Origin: Trichosphaerium sp. ATCC 40318
Lineage: Eukaryota; Protista; Tubulinea
Length of the DNA: 64,000 nucleotides
Direction: 5' to 3'
NCBI GenBank assembly: GCA_038496445.1
Contig: JALMLS010000466.1
Coordinates: forward strand, 682,001-746,000
In this document: in pieces, positions 61,482-64,000 of the stretch
Layout: each line of letters opens with the position of its first letter
Position numbering within the stretch: position 1 is the first letter of the stretch
Translations under genes and position numbers: made by a program
The notes under the pieces: generated by a model
Seen by the model: the letters and a program-made list of their open reading frames with translations, nothing else
Database searches by the model: none
Told to the model about the DNA's origin: nothing

Positions 61482-64000
61482 ATGAGAAGAGCGCCTATTG
61501 ATGCCCTTGTTATTGAATCTCCGCATTTTCTTTCAAGATTAAAAGATATTTGCCACTGGAGGTCACTGTACGCGTTTTTTGAGTATTTTCAATCTATCTG
61601 GAGACAAGATAACAAAAAGTTTTTATTTTTCTACAATTTGCGACTTTAACACGTGATACATCTTAAAAAGTAACATATTATTCAAAATCATGCTCCTTAT
61701 GGTTTGAACAAACGCGGGCAATCCAAAAATACATTTTTCAAGTTTTTGTTGTTGATTTGATCTCGTAGTGCACTTTGTGGTTTGCTAGTGGTTGCGGTCG
61801 TGGCTTTCATATTTTTAAATTCATCTGATGGCCGTCCTGAGGCTAATATTTCACAGAGTGAAGTCTACACAGTTGCACCAGCAGTACCACCAACAACGGA
61901 GCCTGTTACAACGCATAAGGCAACAGAAGACCCGAAAGATAGTCCCATGGACCCAGTTGGTTGCAAGTGTGCTATAGTAACTTATCCGTATGGCAAAGAT
62001 ACAGAAGGCAACACCTAAAAAATTAATCGCAAAACCTTTGGCTAAAGTTTTGACTGTAGTGCTTGGTTGGCAAGGTTGTAAGATGTGGAAGATTGGCATA
62101 CCAAAAGACGTGATAAATGATGGTTTGCCACACGTTAGCGAAAATCATAAGGCTGCTAACATAAAGGAAATGAAGATTATTCAAGATAACCCAACTTGTG
62201 ATATTAAGAAGTGTCCTCACCCTGATACTTTGAACTTGAAAACGTGCCAGTTTGTTGTACTTCAAAAAGAGCTTCCTGCACCTGTATTTAACGTTCATAA
62301 CTTTTCTATCCCTTACATCTAATCTAGATACATGGTGATGCTTACAAATTGTCATCTAAATGGTGTACTGACAATAGAACAGCTCATGAAAAAGATCGTT
62401 TACAACGAATGAGGTGATTTGATGTGTAAGATCTGATTTTGCTGACACATACTTTTAGAAAATACTACGCTGCTATATGGTATCAAAGTTTCTTTAACAA
62501 GACAGTTCTTCTACATAGACTTCCTGGATTCTGTATGGGGCATCCAGGTCGTAATGACATGCTGGCAAAAGTGCTAACTAGAAATTATTTTAGAGAAAAA
62601 TAGTAAAGAATGGGATGATAGAGGCTTGACTGCTAAACACCACATCTATTCTTATATGCACTACTGTTATGCTGCTTTTGATTTTACTAAAAAACAATAC
62701 TTACTGGGTGATGGTCATTGCGTTCCTCAACGTGGATATTTAACGTAAGACGAAAGTTTTACAAACGGTAGCTTACCTATTTTTTTCAATTAGTGGTGAT
62801 CGTCAGATTAATCCCAATGAACGACATATACCTGGTGGTGGTATGTGGTTTTATAGAGGGAGTTGGGGGTACGCTTGGCAACATTTAGTACTTGATAACC
62901 TTGGCAAACCTGCTATATCACATGAACTTTTTAATCTATCTTCAAAATACCTACACGATGGTTTATCTATCGGAAAGCCAGATGTCCTTTGGTGGCTCCA
63001 ATCTATGGGCATAAATCACGAGTACATACCAACCTACTTTTTTTTTGAAGAACTATACACTCTTCGTTGTTACAAGTGTTAAATTGACACGTGATTTTTT
63101 GTTAGCAAAGTAGAAAAGTTTGGAAACGGCCACTGTTATGAGGATATGTATGTTACTTTAGTAAATCCACCAAGGCCATGGGATCCTGTAGAGTTTCAAG
63201 CAATGACAAATGCAATGGATAAGAATGCACCAAAACCAAAAAAGAAGGAAAAGCCTCTGTTTTTATGGTTATCAAGAAAAGAAGCTACAAAGAGAATACT
63301 TGTCAATGAAGATGAGATGATTGTACCTCTTTTTCATTTGGAAGATATGTTTCCCTTTGTATACTGACTTCATTATTTGCGTAGCAAACTGCCAAAGATG
63401 TTATTGCAGAGTTTAACATTGACTTGGAAGTATACGAGTTTCATGGTAAAAAGGAAGGTGAAAACCCAGAGAAGCTGGCATCTCTATTTAGACGATCCAA
63501 GATTGTTTCAGGACCTCATGGAGGGCAATGGGCTTATTCTAGTACGTCTTAGATTTATCAATGCATCCCGTTAATATTGGTAATAGTTCTGGCACCAGCA
63601 GTACGATAGCAAATTAGTTGTGATATAGTTAATTATTCAAAAATAGGATGCATGTTTTATTGAGTTTGCTGTTGAAGGGGCTTACGATAAGTAAGAACAG
63701 TAATCAATAGTATAGTTACTAAAGGTTATAATCACTTAGATTTAAAACTTGGTGGTATGCCGGATGGGGCACGGGAATTGGAGGAAGAAATGATTGGTAT
63801 GCTGCACCTCTTTATGGAGGTGATAAGAGAACAACAGCCAGGCCTGCTGACCTACGGTACAAACTATTTATAAGCTATTCCGTTACTAACAGTATTAGGT
63901 TTGCCATGGCTAATTGTCTTGGTGTTAAGATAAAAGAGAACTACACTTGCCAATATTTGCAAGAAAACAAGCTGCCTCTGAAATCAAACAAAAGTACATA
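61482..64000 (+). CDS. Type II membrane glycosyltransferase, GT61-like (runs off the window)
   Basis: Short cytosolic N-terminus, TM segment ALCGLLVVAVVAFIFL, P/T-rich stem, LWLSRKEATKRILVNEDE, GPHGGQW(A)NIVF...IEF. Confidence 0.75.

Noticed and set aside
1-64000. Alternative genetic code or stop-codon readthrough to explain fragmented ORFs
   Set aside because: Short introns account for the in-frame stops, and TAA, TAG and TGA all end well-conserved genes

Overview
This is AT-rich, gene-dense eukaryotic nuclear DNA with many short (about 40-120 nt) spliceosomal introns, so the six-frame ORFs are mostly exon fragments. It uses the standard genetic code. The gene set (C4-pathway ALA synthase, complex-I-type gamma carbonic anhydrase, Zn2Cys6-PAS factor, TOM1-like 7TM receptor, Ras, Rab5) points to a heterotrophic protist, most plausibly an amoebozoan (inference). 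I spliced about 27 genes by hand. The main findings are: (1) a dispersed family of intron-containing F-box + MORN-variant repeat genes (two intact, two disrupted), an architecture typical of amoeba giant viruses; (2) a mitochondrially targeted protein resembling both kinetoplastid MRP1/MRP2 guide-RNA matchmakers and plant Whirly proteins; (3) a foldback/MITE-like element built from phased TTCGAA units; (4) a disordered protein with about 10 paxillin-like LD motifs and no LIM domains; (5) GC-AG introns and A-rich acceptors; (6) bacterial-type genes (Lnt-like, SseB-like, a methyltransferase). A 1.5 kb tandem duplication and a frameshift in ALA synthase look like assembly errors. All family assignments come from motif recognition by eye; no database searches were run.
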